The notes below the pieces were generated by a model. That model was not told the origin of the DNA, searched no databases, and saw nothing but the letters and a program-made list of their open reading frames with translations. A program made the translations under genes and the position numbers. DNA of 64,000 nucleotides from Bacteroidota bacterium (lineage in GTDB: Bacteria; Bacteroidota; Ignavibacteria; Kapaibacteriales; NICIL-2), in contig JAIBAE010000005.1 in assembly GCA_019695345.1 (NCBI GenBank), positions 9,186 to 73,185 of the forward strand, in the 5' to 3' direction. Positions 49,691 through 58,180 of the stretch are shown in pieces. Numbering within the stretch: the first letter of the stretch is position 1; each line of letters starts with the position of its first letter.

Positions 49691-51283
49691 TTAAGCGCGC
49701 ATTGCATTCTTAACGTTGTCGGCTACGGCATCTGCAAACTGTTTGAAGTTGTCTTCAAAAAGTTGAACAAGATGGTTTGCTTTTTCATCGTATGCGGCTT
49801 TATCTGCCCATGTGTTTTTCGGATTCAATATCTCCGCAGGAACACCCTCACACGCAACGGGGATGCTTAGGTTAAAGAATTCATCTTTAACAAATTCTAC
49901 ATTGTGTAACGCGCCGGTTAAAGCAGCGCGTAATAATGCACGAGTGTAAGCAATTTTCATACGGCTTCCAACGCCATACGCACCGCCGCTCCAGCCCGTG
50001 TTTACAAGCCATACGTGTGCGCCATGCTCGTTGATTTTATCGCGTAATAAGTTTGCATATACCGATGGATGATGTACCATAAACGGTGCACCAAAACATG
50101 TACTGAATGTTGCGCTTGGCTCCTTAACACCAGCTTCCGTTCCGGCAACTTTTGCAGTGTATCCGGAAAGGAAGTGGAACATTGCTTGTTCGGGTGTGAG
50201 TTTTGCAATAGGAGGCATTACACCAAAGGCATCGCATGTTAAGAAGATAACATTCTTGGGATGACCGCCTTTGTTATCGGGAACGATGTTTGGTATTACA
50301 TCACGTGAATACGATGCACGTGTGTTCTCGGTGTACTTTTGGCTGTTAAGGTCAATTACACGTGATGTTTCATCGTAATCAACATTCTCTAAAACTGTTC
50401 CAAATGTACGTGTAGTAGCATAAATAATTGGTTCAGCTTCTTGGCTTAGATTAATAACTTTAGCATAACAGCCACCTTCAAAATTAAAGGTACCGTCGTT
50501 GCTCCAGCCGTGTTCATCATCACCAATCAAAGCACGTTCAGGGTCGGTTGAAAGTGTTGTTTTACCTGTGCCCGATAACCCAAAGAACAACGCTGTATCG
50601 CCATCTTTACCAATATTTGCCGAACAGTGCATTGGCATTACTTTTTGTAATGGCAACATGTAGTTCAACACGGTAAAGATAGATTTCTTCATTTCGCCGG
50701 CGTAGTGTGTACCGCCAATAAGAACTAACTTTTGGTCGAAACTAAGGATGATAAATTTGTTGGAGTTAGTTCCATCAATTGCGGGGTCGGCATTAAAGTT
50801 TGGAGCATGGATAATAGTAAAGCCCGGAGCAAAGTTTGCAAGTTCTTCTGCTGTTGCACCAATAAACATATTTTTTACAAACATGTTGTGCCATGCGTGC
50901 TCATTAACAATACGAACAGGTAATTTGTAGTTTGCATCTGCACCCGCCATACAATCCAACACATACACGTCGCGACCTTGCATGTATGCAAGAACACGGT
51001 TTTTAAGTGCATTGAATTTTTCGGTGGTAAATGGCTTGTTAACTTTACCCCACCAAACATTTCCTTTGCTGCTGTCTTCTTCAACTACAAACTTATCGTT
51101 CGCGCTTCGGCCTGTGTTAGGCGCGGTGTTACATAACAACGCCCCATGTTCTGAAATTTCTGCTTCGCCCATAATCACTGCATGTTCATAGAGTTCGGCT
51201 GTGGTGAGATTGTAAAAAATATCGCCTAAACCGGTAATCCCCTGCCCTTGCAACGATGAGCGAATTCCATCAAGTGAATTCAT
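49691..51283 (-). CDS. pckA: Phosphoenolpyruvate carboxykinase (ATP).
   Basis: GLSGTGKTTLS kinase-1a motif, length and conserved blocks. Start moved to the internal Met MNSLDGIRS... Confidence 0.95.
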   Translation of the reverse strand: MNSLDGIRSSLQGQGITGLGDIFYNLTTAELYEHAVIMGEAEISEHGALLCNTAPNTGRSANDKFVVEEDSSKGNVWWGKVNKPFTTEKFNALKNRVLAYMQGRDVYVLDCMAGADANYKLPVRIVNEHAWHNMFVKNMFIGATAEELANFAPGFTIIHAPNFNADPAIDGTNSNKFIILSFDQKLVLIGGTHYAGEMKKSIFTVLNYMLPLQKVMPMHCSANIGKDGDTALFFGLSGTGKTTLSTDPERALIGDDEHGWSNDGTFNFEGGCYAKVINLSQEAEPIIYATTRTFGTVLENVDYDETSRVIDLNSQKYTENTRASYSRDVIPNIVPDNKGGHPKNVIFLTCDAFGVMPPIAKLTPEQAMFHFLSGYTAKVAGTEAGVKEPSATFSTCFGAPFMVHHPSVYANLLRDKINEHGAHVWLVNTGWSGGAYGVGSRMKIAYTRALLRAALTGALHNVEFVKDEFFNLSIPVACEGVPAEILNPKNTWADKAAYDEKANHLVQLFEDNFKQFADAVADNVKNAMRA

Positions 51284-51410
51284 AATGGTACCAAATATGT
51301 ATGAAACAATTGTGAGAGAGCTTATTACGGACACAAATATCGTGTTTTTTCCCCTACTATTATCCGCCTAATTTTCAAATGATTTTTTCGTAACAATAAA
51401 TTTAGCGAAC

Positions 51411-51645
51411 TGTTATGCTATCGCCAGCCGCACCACGCAGTAAACCTTCTAAAATCCTTGGTTTTGCGGGAGAGATCCTTCTGCAAAACAAGGCGTTTTT
51501 CGTGATGGAACAATACTTAGTAACCATATGAATTTACGCAGGCTATCAAAGATGTAGGGCTATTACTTAGTACAAGGTACTTTCCGGCTTTGTGTGGCTA
51601 TGTTGTGTAGCAAGGCATTGTGCCGTCCGGCGATAGCAACAGAAT
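51411..51645. repeat. Family A element, complete copy (~235 bp) in the pckA / idi divergent region.
   Basis: Left TGTTATGCTATCGCCAGCCGCACCACG (51411-51437); internal hairpin CCTTGGTTTTGC-gggagagatccttc-TGCAAAACAAGG; right ATTGTGCCGTCCGGCGATAGCAACAGAAT (51617-51645). Confidence 0.65.
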
Positions 51646-51719
51646 TACATACAATTAAAATGAAGAAATGTTTTTCACGTTTTAGCCACGCACGTTGAAT
51701 TGTCTTGGTAAATTGCAGT

Positions 51720-52805
51720 ATGAATCCCGAACAAAGTAATAGCACCGTTTCCAGAAAGCAGCAGCATGTTGAATTATGCTTGGAGCGCGATGTAACGTTC
51801 CGCACTAAAACTGCCGGGTTTGAGAACTTTGATTTTGCGTATAACGCATTGCCCGAAATGAATTTGGAAGATGCTAATGCCTCTACAATGTTTCTTGGCA
51901 AACATCTTCGCATACCGCTAATGGTTTCCTCTATGACGGGCGGTTACCCCGATGCCGAGCGAATTAATGCGCAACTTGCCGAGCTTTGCCAAACATACCG
52001 CCTTGCTATGGGAGTTGGCTCGATGCGGCAAGCATTAGAAAGCACTACGCACCATTCTACTTTTTCTGTTACCCGAACTTACGCGCCGGATATTCCAATT
52101 TGTGCCAACATTGGCGCAGCAGAAATTGCTGTCATGAACGATTACAAACAACTATACACACTCATTGATTTGATTCGTGCCGATGCGTTGATAATCCACC
52201 TAAACCCGTTGCAAGAGTTACTACAACCGGAAGGTACACCAAAGTATCGTGGCGTTTTACAAGGTATAGAGCGAACTGTTAAAGAACTGGATATTCCTGT
52301 AATTGTAAAAGAAGTTGGCGCGGGCATCTCTGCGTCGGTTGCACAGCGTTTACTTGATGTTGGAGTTAGAATAATTGATGTAGCAGGAGCTGGTGGCACA
52401 AGCTGGGCAGGTGTAGAAATATTACGCAATACTAAACGCGAAGCGTTTGCAGAGTTTTGGGATATTGGAATCCCAACTGCCCAATGTTTATTACAAGTTA
52501 GAGAGCTAAAGAAAAAAACACCTTTTACACTTATTGCCTCGGGCGGGATTACCAATGGTGTTGAAATGGCAAAAGCTCTTGGCTTAGGTGCTGACTTGTG
52601 CGGCATTGCACGCCCTTTATTACAAGTGCTTCTGAACGAAGGACAACATGCCGCAGAAAAAAAGATTCTGGATTGGGAACTTCAATTACGGTCGGTGATG
52701 TTTGTTACAGGAGTTCCAACTATACAAGAATTACATGTTGCTCTTACTCCTGCAAACACTGCAAAAAATAAAACCACAACAACGGACATCTATGGCGTTT
52801 ACTAA
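51720..52805 (+). CDS. fni: Isopentenyl-diphosphate delta-isomerase, type 2 (FMN-dependent).
   Basis: ...QQHVELCLERDV...LMVSSMTGG... IDI-2 signature. Overlaps the next gene by 14 nt. Confidence 0.9.
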   Translation: MNPEQSNSTVSRKQQHVELCLERDVTFRTKTAGFENFDFAYNALPEMNLEDANASTMFLGKHLRIPLMVSSMTGGYPDAERINAQLAELCQTYRLAMGVGSMRQALESTTHHSTFSVTRTYAPDIPICANIGAAEIAVMNDYKQLYTLIDLIRADALIIHLNPLQELLQPEGTPKYRGVLQGIERTVKELDIPVIVKEVGAGISASVAQRLLDVGVRIIDVAGAGGTSWAGVEILRNTKREAFAEFWDIGIPTAQCLLQVRELKKKTPFTLIASGGITNGVEMAKALGLGADLCGIARPLLQVLLNEGQHAAEKKILDWELQLRSVMFVTGVPTIQELHVALTPANTAKNKTTTTDIYGVY

Positions 52806-53766
52806 ATATGTTGAGTTAATTGAATCGTATCTGCAATACTCTTTGCAACATACCAATATGCCTGTATCGCTTATTGAACCGTTTACGTATATAATGGCGC
52901 CGGGCGGGAAACGGATTAGACCTGTATTGTGTTTGTTGGCAGCAGAAGCAGTTGGCGGTAAACCGGAACAAGCCGTAACTGCCGGTGCCGCTGTTGAGAT
53001 TCTCCATAACTTTACATTAGTACACGATGATATTATGGACCGCTCGCCAATACGGCGCGGCAATCCTACTGTCCACACAAAATGGGATGACTCTACAGCT
53101 ATACTAACCGGCGATGTAATGATGGCATTTGCATACCGGATGTTGATTTCATCTATACCAGCTCAGCATTTACACTCTGTATTACAATCATTTACAAAGG
53201 GCTTTGTTGAAGTTTGCGAAGGACAAGCATTAGATATTGAATTCCATAAACGCGACACAGTATCGGTTGCGGAATATTTAGAAATGATTGAAAAGAAAAC
53301 AGCACGTTTACTTGAGTTGAGCGTTGTAATTGGAGCAACACTTGGTGGTGGTACCGATGCACACATAGAATTACTCCGTGCGTTTGCGCTAAACATTGGC
53401 ATTGCATTCCAGATACAAGATGATGTATTGGATTTAACAGCAAACACACATGAATTGGGCAAAACAATTGGACAAGATATTGTAGAAGGTAAAAAGACAA
53501 TTCTAATCATCCGTGCAACTGAACGTGCTACCAAACCCGAGCATAAAGAACTGTTACAACAATTTTGGCAGAACAATGGTTTGCCCGTGGATAAAGTACC
53601 AACAGTACGTACAATGATGGAAGAGCTTGGCGTATTAACAGAAGCACGAGCAATGGCGCAACACTACTTTACTAATGCCGCACAGGATATTCAGCAACTA
53701 CCGCCATCTAATGCACGCGACTTATTGTTTCAAGTAATCGAGATGTTGAATGTAAGGAAGAAGTAG
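52792..53766 (+). CDS. Polyprenyl diphosphate synthase (GGPP/FPP synthase family).
   Basis: First and second Asp-rich motifs LVHDDIMDRS and FQIQDDVLD. Confidence 0.9.
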   Translation: MAFTKYVELIESYLQYSLQHTNMPVSLIEPFTYIMAPGGKRIRPVLCLLAAEAVGGKPEQAVTAGAAVEILHNFTLVHDDIMDRSPIRRGNPTVHTKWDDSTAILTGDVMMAFAYRMLISSIPAQHLHSVLQSFTKGFVEVCEGQALDIEFHKRDTVSVAEYLEMIEKKTARLLELSVVIGATLGGGTDAHIELLRAFALNIGIAFQIQDDVLDLTANTHELGKTIGQDIVEGKKTILIIRATERATKPEHKELLQQFWQNNGLPVDKVPTVRTMMEELGVLTEARAMAQHYFTNAAQDIQQLPPSNARDLLFQVIEMLNVRKK

Positions 53767-53769
53767 CTT

Positions 53770-53836
53770 CTCTCCCGCAGCTGTACGGTGTGTAGATGTG
53801 TGTGGCTTGGTGCGGTCAGGCGATAGCAAATAAAAA
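53770..53836. repeat. Family A element, right half, abutting the polyprenyl synthase stop.
   Basis: CTCTCCCGCAG (internal motif) ... CTTGGTGCGGTCAGGCGATAGCAAATAAAAAA (terminal motif). Confidence 0.5.
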
Positions 53837-53878
53837 AGCGATACCGAGAAATTCAGTATCGCTTAATTTTTAAAGTAA
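53837..53878. terminator. Bidirectional intrinsic terminator.
   Basis: AGCGATAC-cgagaaattc-AGTATCGCT then TAATTTTT. On the minus strand the T-tract is the A-run of the family A terminus. Confidence 0.65.
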
Positions 53879-53896
53879 GAGTTGTTGGTTGTGTTA

Positions 53897-54391
53897 CTAT
53901 TGCACTAATGTTTTACCAAATGCAACCCAACCTTCTAATCCTTTTTTAAGATACCACACCCACTCAAATTTGTTTGCTACCATAATTCCACAAGCAGTCA
54001 TGGAACGTTTGCCATCTTTACAAACAATAACAATGTTCCGTTCCTTTTCTTTGCGTAATGATTGAACTCGTTTCTCGAATTCATCGAACGGAATATTAAT
54101 TGCGCCTTCCATATGACCTTTTGCAAAATCTTCCGGCGGATTAACATCAATTATCAGTAATTCTTTACCACCTTTGTAATGTTCGATTACTTGTTGCATT
54201 TCCAGAGGTGTAAAAGAATTTACTTTAATGGTATCCAACTTGGAATTTGGGCGAACACGCATTAAATCCGTTGTTGGTTGTTGCGCGGCTTCTGTTGCGG
54301 GTGCAGGTGTTACTTTATTTTTCTTACCTTGCCCGGCAAACGAAACAACAATGCTACCTATGCAAAACAAAAAGAGTGTGGTGAATCTCAT
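53897..54391 (-). CDS. Rhodanese-domain protein (secreted/periplasmic).
   Basis: ...LLIIDVNPPEDFAKGHMEGAINIP...VIVCKDGKRS... active-site Cys loop; signal peptide. Confidence 0.8.
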   Translation of the reverse strand: MRFTTLFLFCIGSIVVSFAGQGKKNKVTPAPATEAAQQPTTDLMRVRPNSKLDTIKVNSFTPLEMQQVIEHYKGGKELLIIDVNPPEDFAKGHMEGAINIPFDEFEKRVQSLRKEKERNIVIVCKDGKRSMTACGIMVANKFEWVWYLKKGLEGWVAFGKTLVQ

Positions 54392-54409
54392 AAACTACAA
54401 TCCTTACAA

Positions 54410-55180
54410 TTATTTTTTGTCTGTTGCAGGTGCACCTTTTTTAACACCAAGCAACTCTACTTCGAATACTAATGTTGATGCCGGAGGAATACCTTGGCGC
54501 CCTTGCTCGCCATAGGCTAAGTTGTATGGAATGTAGAGTTCGTATTTGGAACCAACATTCATTAAGCCAACTCCTTCGGTCCAACCTTTAATAACACGGT
54601 TTAACGGGAACTCAATTGGCTCGCCACGGTCTATTGATGAATCGAATACTTTACCATCAATAAATGTTCCTTTGTAATGAACTTTCACGGTATCGGTTGA
54701 GCTTGGTTTTTCGCCATCGCCTTGTTTAACAACTTTATATTGTAATCCGCTTGGGGTGGTAACTACACCGGGTTTCTTAGCATTTTCGGCTAAAAATTTT
54801 GCACCTGTGTTTTTGTTCGAGGCACCCATTTCAGCCATTTCTTTTTCTTGTTCAGCTTGTTTTTGTTGTTGATATCTTCCAAAGATGCCGCGCATTTGTT
54901 CTTCGGTCATTTGTAGTTTATTTGCAAAGCCATCGTTAATTGCCTGAATAATAAGCTGCGGATTAACTTCCAGACCTTCTTGTTTAATAGTACCAATTAG
55001 GTTCATACCAAGTAGGTAACTCATACTGTCGGCAAATGTTTTCATCTGTACTGTTGCCGCTGGAGCCGGTGTTGCAGCCGGAGCCGGTTTCTTATCCTTT
55101 TTGGCGGGTTTAGAAGCTTGCGCAAATCCAACTGCGCTACATACTAACAGTGCAAAACAAAGTACTGATAGTTTTTTCAT
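54410..55180 (-). CDS. FKBP-type peptidyl-prolyl cis-trans isomerase (FkpA-like, periplasmic).
   Basis: ...[15 protein letters not shown]...[18 protein letters not shown]...LVFEVELL... Confidence 0.9.
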   Translation of the reverse strand: MKKLSVLCFALLVCSAVGFAQASKPAKKDKKPAPAATPAPAATVQMKTFADSMSYLLGMNLIGTIKQEGLEVNPQLIIQAINDGFANKLQMTEEQMRGIFGRYQQQKQAEQEKEMAEMGASNKNTGAKFLAENAKKPGVVTTPSGLQYKVVKQGDGEKPSSTDTVKVHYKGTFIDGKVFDSSIDRGEPIEFPLNRVIKGWTEGVGLMNVGSKYELYIPYNLAYGEQGRQGIPPASTLVFEVELLGVKKGAPATDKK

Positions 55181-55295
55181 GATTTTCCTATAATATTATT
55201 AAATATAACCTGCAAAGATAGTGTTTGCGCGGGTCATAGACACGCCTAAAAGCAATTGGTAAACAACAAAAAAGTGTTAAGAAAAATATAATAGT

Positions 55296-55375
55296 TATAG
55301 GTTTTCTGCGCTTCCGCGCCAACGGCACCTAACCTCAACAATACTAACACCTTGTTTTGCCGGAAAGAGCCGTAC
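55296..55375. repeat. Family A element, degenerate left half.
   Basis: TCTGCGCTTCCGCGCCAACGGCACC (terminal-motif-like) ... TTGTTTTGCCGGAAAGAGCCG (internal motif). Confidence 0.35.
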
Positions 55376-55394
55376 TTTTAATCATGTTGCCCTA

Positions 55395-55610
55395 TCACGA
55401 TTTCTGCTGTTTTACTTTGCAGGTTGAAACACCAAACAGCACATACAATGGGCAAAACCCAGTAATACCGGAAAATAAAAATCCAATAGATAACGCTCCT
55501 AACACAAGCGCCGTTACACCTTGAATTATATCCAAGTACCATAGCACTCCAACAAGAACTACCAATACAAAACGAATGCTTCTATCAATCATTCCCATGT
55601 TTTTTATCAT
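55395..55610 (-). CDS. DUF2892/YgaP-like small membrane protein.
   Basis: 71 aa, two TM helices, ...GFCPLY... motif typical of DUF2892. Confidence 0.6.
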   Translation of the reverse strand: MIKNMGMIDRSIRFVLVVLVGVLWYLDIIQGVTALVLGALSIGFLFSGITGFCPLYVLFGVSTCKVKQQKS

Positions 55611-55641
55611 AGCATACGCTCCTTTACATACAATAATAGAA

Positions 55642-56322
55642 CTACATCAATATTGTTTCACCAATAACCGGTAGGCGTAGTGTTTTTCCTTTATGTTCAA
55701 ACGCACTTGTAGCTTGTGCGTGGTCAATCACTATATACCCAAATGTATCAAAGTGAACACCAATAATATTGTTACAGTTTACAAAGTCGCTAGCAATTAA
55801 AGCATCTTCATACCCCATAGTAAAGTTATCGCCAACCGGCATTATAGCACAATCAATCTTGTGATGTTCGCCAATCAGCTTCATATCTAATGTTAGTGCG
55901 GTATCACCACTGTAATAAAAACTTCCATCTTTGGTTTCAATGATAAATCCCATTGGGTTGCCACCGTAAGTGCCATCCGGCAAACCGCTGGAGTGTTGTG
56001 CAACCGTGCATTTAATACTTCCCCATTCTTGTTGCCACCTGCCTCCGGTATTCATGGGACGCATATTTGTTAAACCTTGTTTTGTTAACCACTCATACAC
56101 TTCCCACGAGCATACAACACAAGCTCCCGTATGCAGTGCCAATTGAACTGCGTCTGCAATGTGGTCTGCATGACCATGAGAAATCAAAATGTAGTCTGCT
56201 TGGATATCATTAATGTTGATATTTTTAGCTAATTCGTTTGGGGTAATAAAAGGATCGAACAACAGTTTTTTTTCAGCTACTTCCACGCTAAAACATGCGT
56301 GACCATAAAATGTAAAATTCAT
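55642..56322 (-). CDS. Metal-dependent hydrolase, metallo-beta-lactamase fold (UPF0173-like).
   Basis: MNFTFYGHACFSV...ILISHGHADH... Confidence 0.8.
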   Translation of the reverse strand: MNFTFYGHACFSVEVAEKKLLFDPFITPNELAKNININDIQADYILISHGHADHIADAVQLALHTGACVVCSWEVYEWLTKQGLTNMRPMNTGGRWQQEWGSIKCTVAQHSSGLPDGTYGGNPMGFIIETKDGSFYYSGDTALTLDMKLIGEHHKIDCAIMPVGDNFTMGYEDALIASDFVNCNNIIGVHFDTFGYIVIDHAQATSAFEHKGKTLRLPVIGETILM

Positions 56323-56430
56323 AACAAGTTAAGATAGTTGTAAATACTATAAAGCAAAATTACAGCATTTTGAGTGCTGCCATAATAATAAAAATGGAAA
56401 GAGGAGGAGTCTGATAATTGGAAGTAACAA

Positions 56431-56934
56431 TTATTCCCATGTAAGAATTTTTTGAGCAGATTTTGCTGATTTCTTAAAGGCGGATGATGGCGATAACGTT
56501 ATTGCTTGCTTATTGGCATGTAAGTTTATAGAAAACTTACAATCATCGTTAGCAAAACATTCAAGCATGTTTTTAAATTCGGTAGGTGTTATAGAACTTG
56601 TATACCTTGTAAACTCTTCTTCTCTAAACAATTGTTTTACTTCTGTAGTAGTAATGGTATCTTTTGAACTATTGATAATAAAAACTAAACTTGAGACTGT
56701 ATTCGTATTGATTTCTGATGATTCAACAGTAAAGTTACATAGTACATTTTTATTAGGAGTTGTATTGTGAGTAAAGTCGATAATTACATCAACATCTTTA
56801 CCGGTCAGTTGAGTTGGACGTACAAAGTATAAAGTTCGCCCCTCCGTCATTAGAAATGACTCAACCGGCTTCCCAGACGAGCATCCTATTAGTAATGTAA
56901 GTAACATCACTGTATAAGTATGGATTAATTTCAT
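56431..56934 (-). CDS. Hypothetical lipoprotein (167 aa), AT-rich.
   Basis: Lipobox LLIGCSSG; no recognised domain. Confidence 0.45.
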   Translation of the reverse strand: MKLIHTYTVMLLTLLIGCSSGKPVESFLMTEGRTLYFVRPTQLTGKDVDVIIDFTHNTTPNKNVLCNFTVESSEINTNTVSSLVFIINSSKDTITTTEVKQLFREEEFTRYTSSITPTEFKNMLECFANDDCKFSINLHANKQAITLSPSSAFKKSAKSAQKILTWE

Positions 56935-57450
56935 TTACTTTTCTAATCTGGACTGCAAAAATTCGCTACTATCAAAAACACTTTTAGCTAATGCAGAATC
57001 TTTAGTTATTAATGAGAAAACTTCATTCATTCCTGGAACTTTTGAACTTTTCCAATATTGTGTCACATAGATATCATTAACCCTCATCAGCAGCGATGTT
57101 GCTGATGTATTAGCAATAGTAGCTTGATGTTTACTAACTAAAACTCTGGTGGAATCGGAGGTAAGTAAATGTATATACTGGGTGGTAGTTAATGATGTAT
57201 CTGCAAAAGATATATATATACCGTAATTATTAGCTTCTATTACTTTATTAATAGGTAACGAAATATCACCAGGGGCACATAGAAACTCATATACCCTAAC
57301 CCTCTCCTTTGTTGCAGTCACTTCTTGTTCTCCGTCCATTAATTGAAAAGTCTGATTCATTCCGTAAACCAAATGTTTACCATTAGATTTATTACATGAT
57401 ACAATGGAAAATGAAAGAAGTACTAGAAAAAAAATCGTAATATTTTTCAT
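56935..57450 (-). CDS. Hypothetical lipoprotein, AT-rich.
   Basis: MKNITIFFLVLLSFSIVSCNK lipobox; no recognised domain. Confidence 0.45.
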   Translation of the reverse strand: MKNITIFFLVLLSFSIVSCNKSNGKHLVYGMNQTFQLMDGEQEVTATKERVRVYEFLCAPGDISLPINKVIEANNYGIYISFADTSLTTTQYIHLLTSDSTRVLVSKHQATIANTSATSLLMRVNDIYVTQYWKSSKVPGMNEVFSLITKDSALAKSVFDSSEFLQSRLEK

Positions 57451-57517
57451 AAACATTCTACAAAAAAAGAAAGACTGGAACAACAATGTATTCCAGTCTT
57501 TAGAAAGTTCGATTCAA

Positions 57518-57802
57518 TTATTCACCGGAAACAATACATGTATATGTTTGAATTAAACCAAGCATATCAGTCATTTTAAAATCAACGGTTGAGATTTTAC
57601 TGATGCCACCATTTTTAGCAGCAGTGCGTATACTAGCATCAACACCTAAGTTAATACCATGCAAGTATCCCGTTCCGGAAGCTTCGCCTACTTTTGAGCC
57701 AACTGGATTACTTGTAGCACACACAGGAACTGTCATTGAACAAGCACTTAAAGAAATTGCTACTACTGCAACAGCAGCAAACATTTGAATGTAACGTTTC
57801 AT
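57518..57802 (-). CDS. TRL-family small lipoprotein.
   Basis: 94 aa; ...LSACS...GEASGTGYLHGINLGVDASIRTAAKNGGISKISTVDFK... resembles Bacteroidota TRL-domain proteins. Confidence 0.5.
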   Translation of the reverse strand: MKRYIQMFAAVAVVAISLSACSMTVPVCATSNPVGSKVGEASGTGYLHGINLGVDASIRTAAKNGGISKISTVDFKMTDMLGLIQTYTCIVSGE

Positions 57803-58019
57803 CAGAAAACCTCCAAGATATGGATTAAAAAATATAAACTATGGGATAGTCCCCAAAATTCCCCTGAATTATAATTGTGAGCATGGTGCAATATAATTTT
57901 TTTTTCAATGCACAGCCAACTGTTTTTTAATGGTAGGTGTTTATATTCAAGCGTATACCTACTTAACATCGCGGTAGGAGAGATATTGTAACTTCATTTA
58001 CTGACCTATCCTCAATGTC

Positions 58020-58090
58020 TATCAGCGATGCTGTATCGGTTGGTACCGACCGGGTTGCGGCGCTTAAGGATTGCTTCGGCAAATGAGGGG
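58020..58090. repeat. Family B element copy B4, in the divergent region between the TRL and sppA genes.
   Basis: ...GGTACCGACCGGGTTGCGGCGCTTAAGGATTGCTTCGGCAAATGAGGGG. Exact core at 58048-58062; UUCG hairpin TTGC-TTCG-GCAA. Confidence 0.6.
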
Positions 58091-58180
58091 AATAACTGTA
58101 CTTTGAAACCTTTGCCTTGTGGTTTCGTACGCTTTGATTAGTTTATAGTTCAACCCGCATTTATTTATTTCAGGAGCGTT

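Noticed and set aside
52142-53576. Minus-strand ORFs (115-154 aa) inside the idi and polyprenyl synthase genes.
   Set aside because: Fully antisense to strongly supported enzymes, with no motifs.
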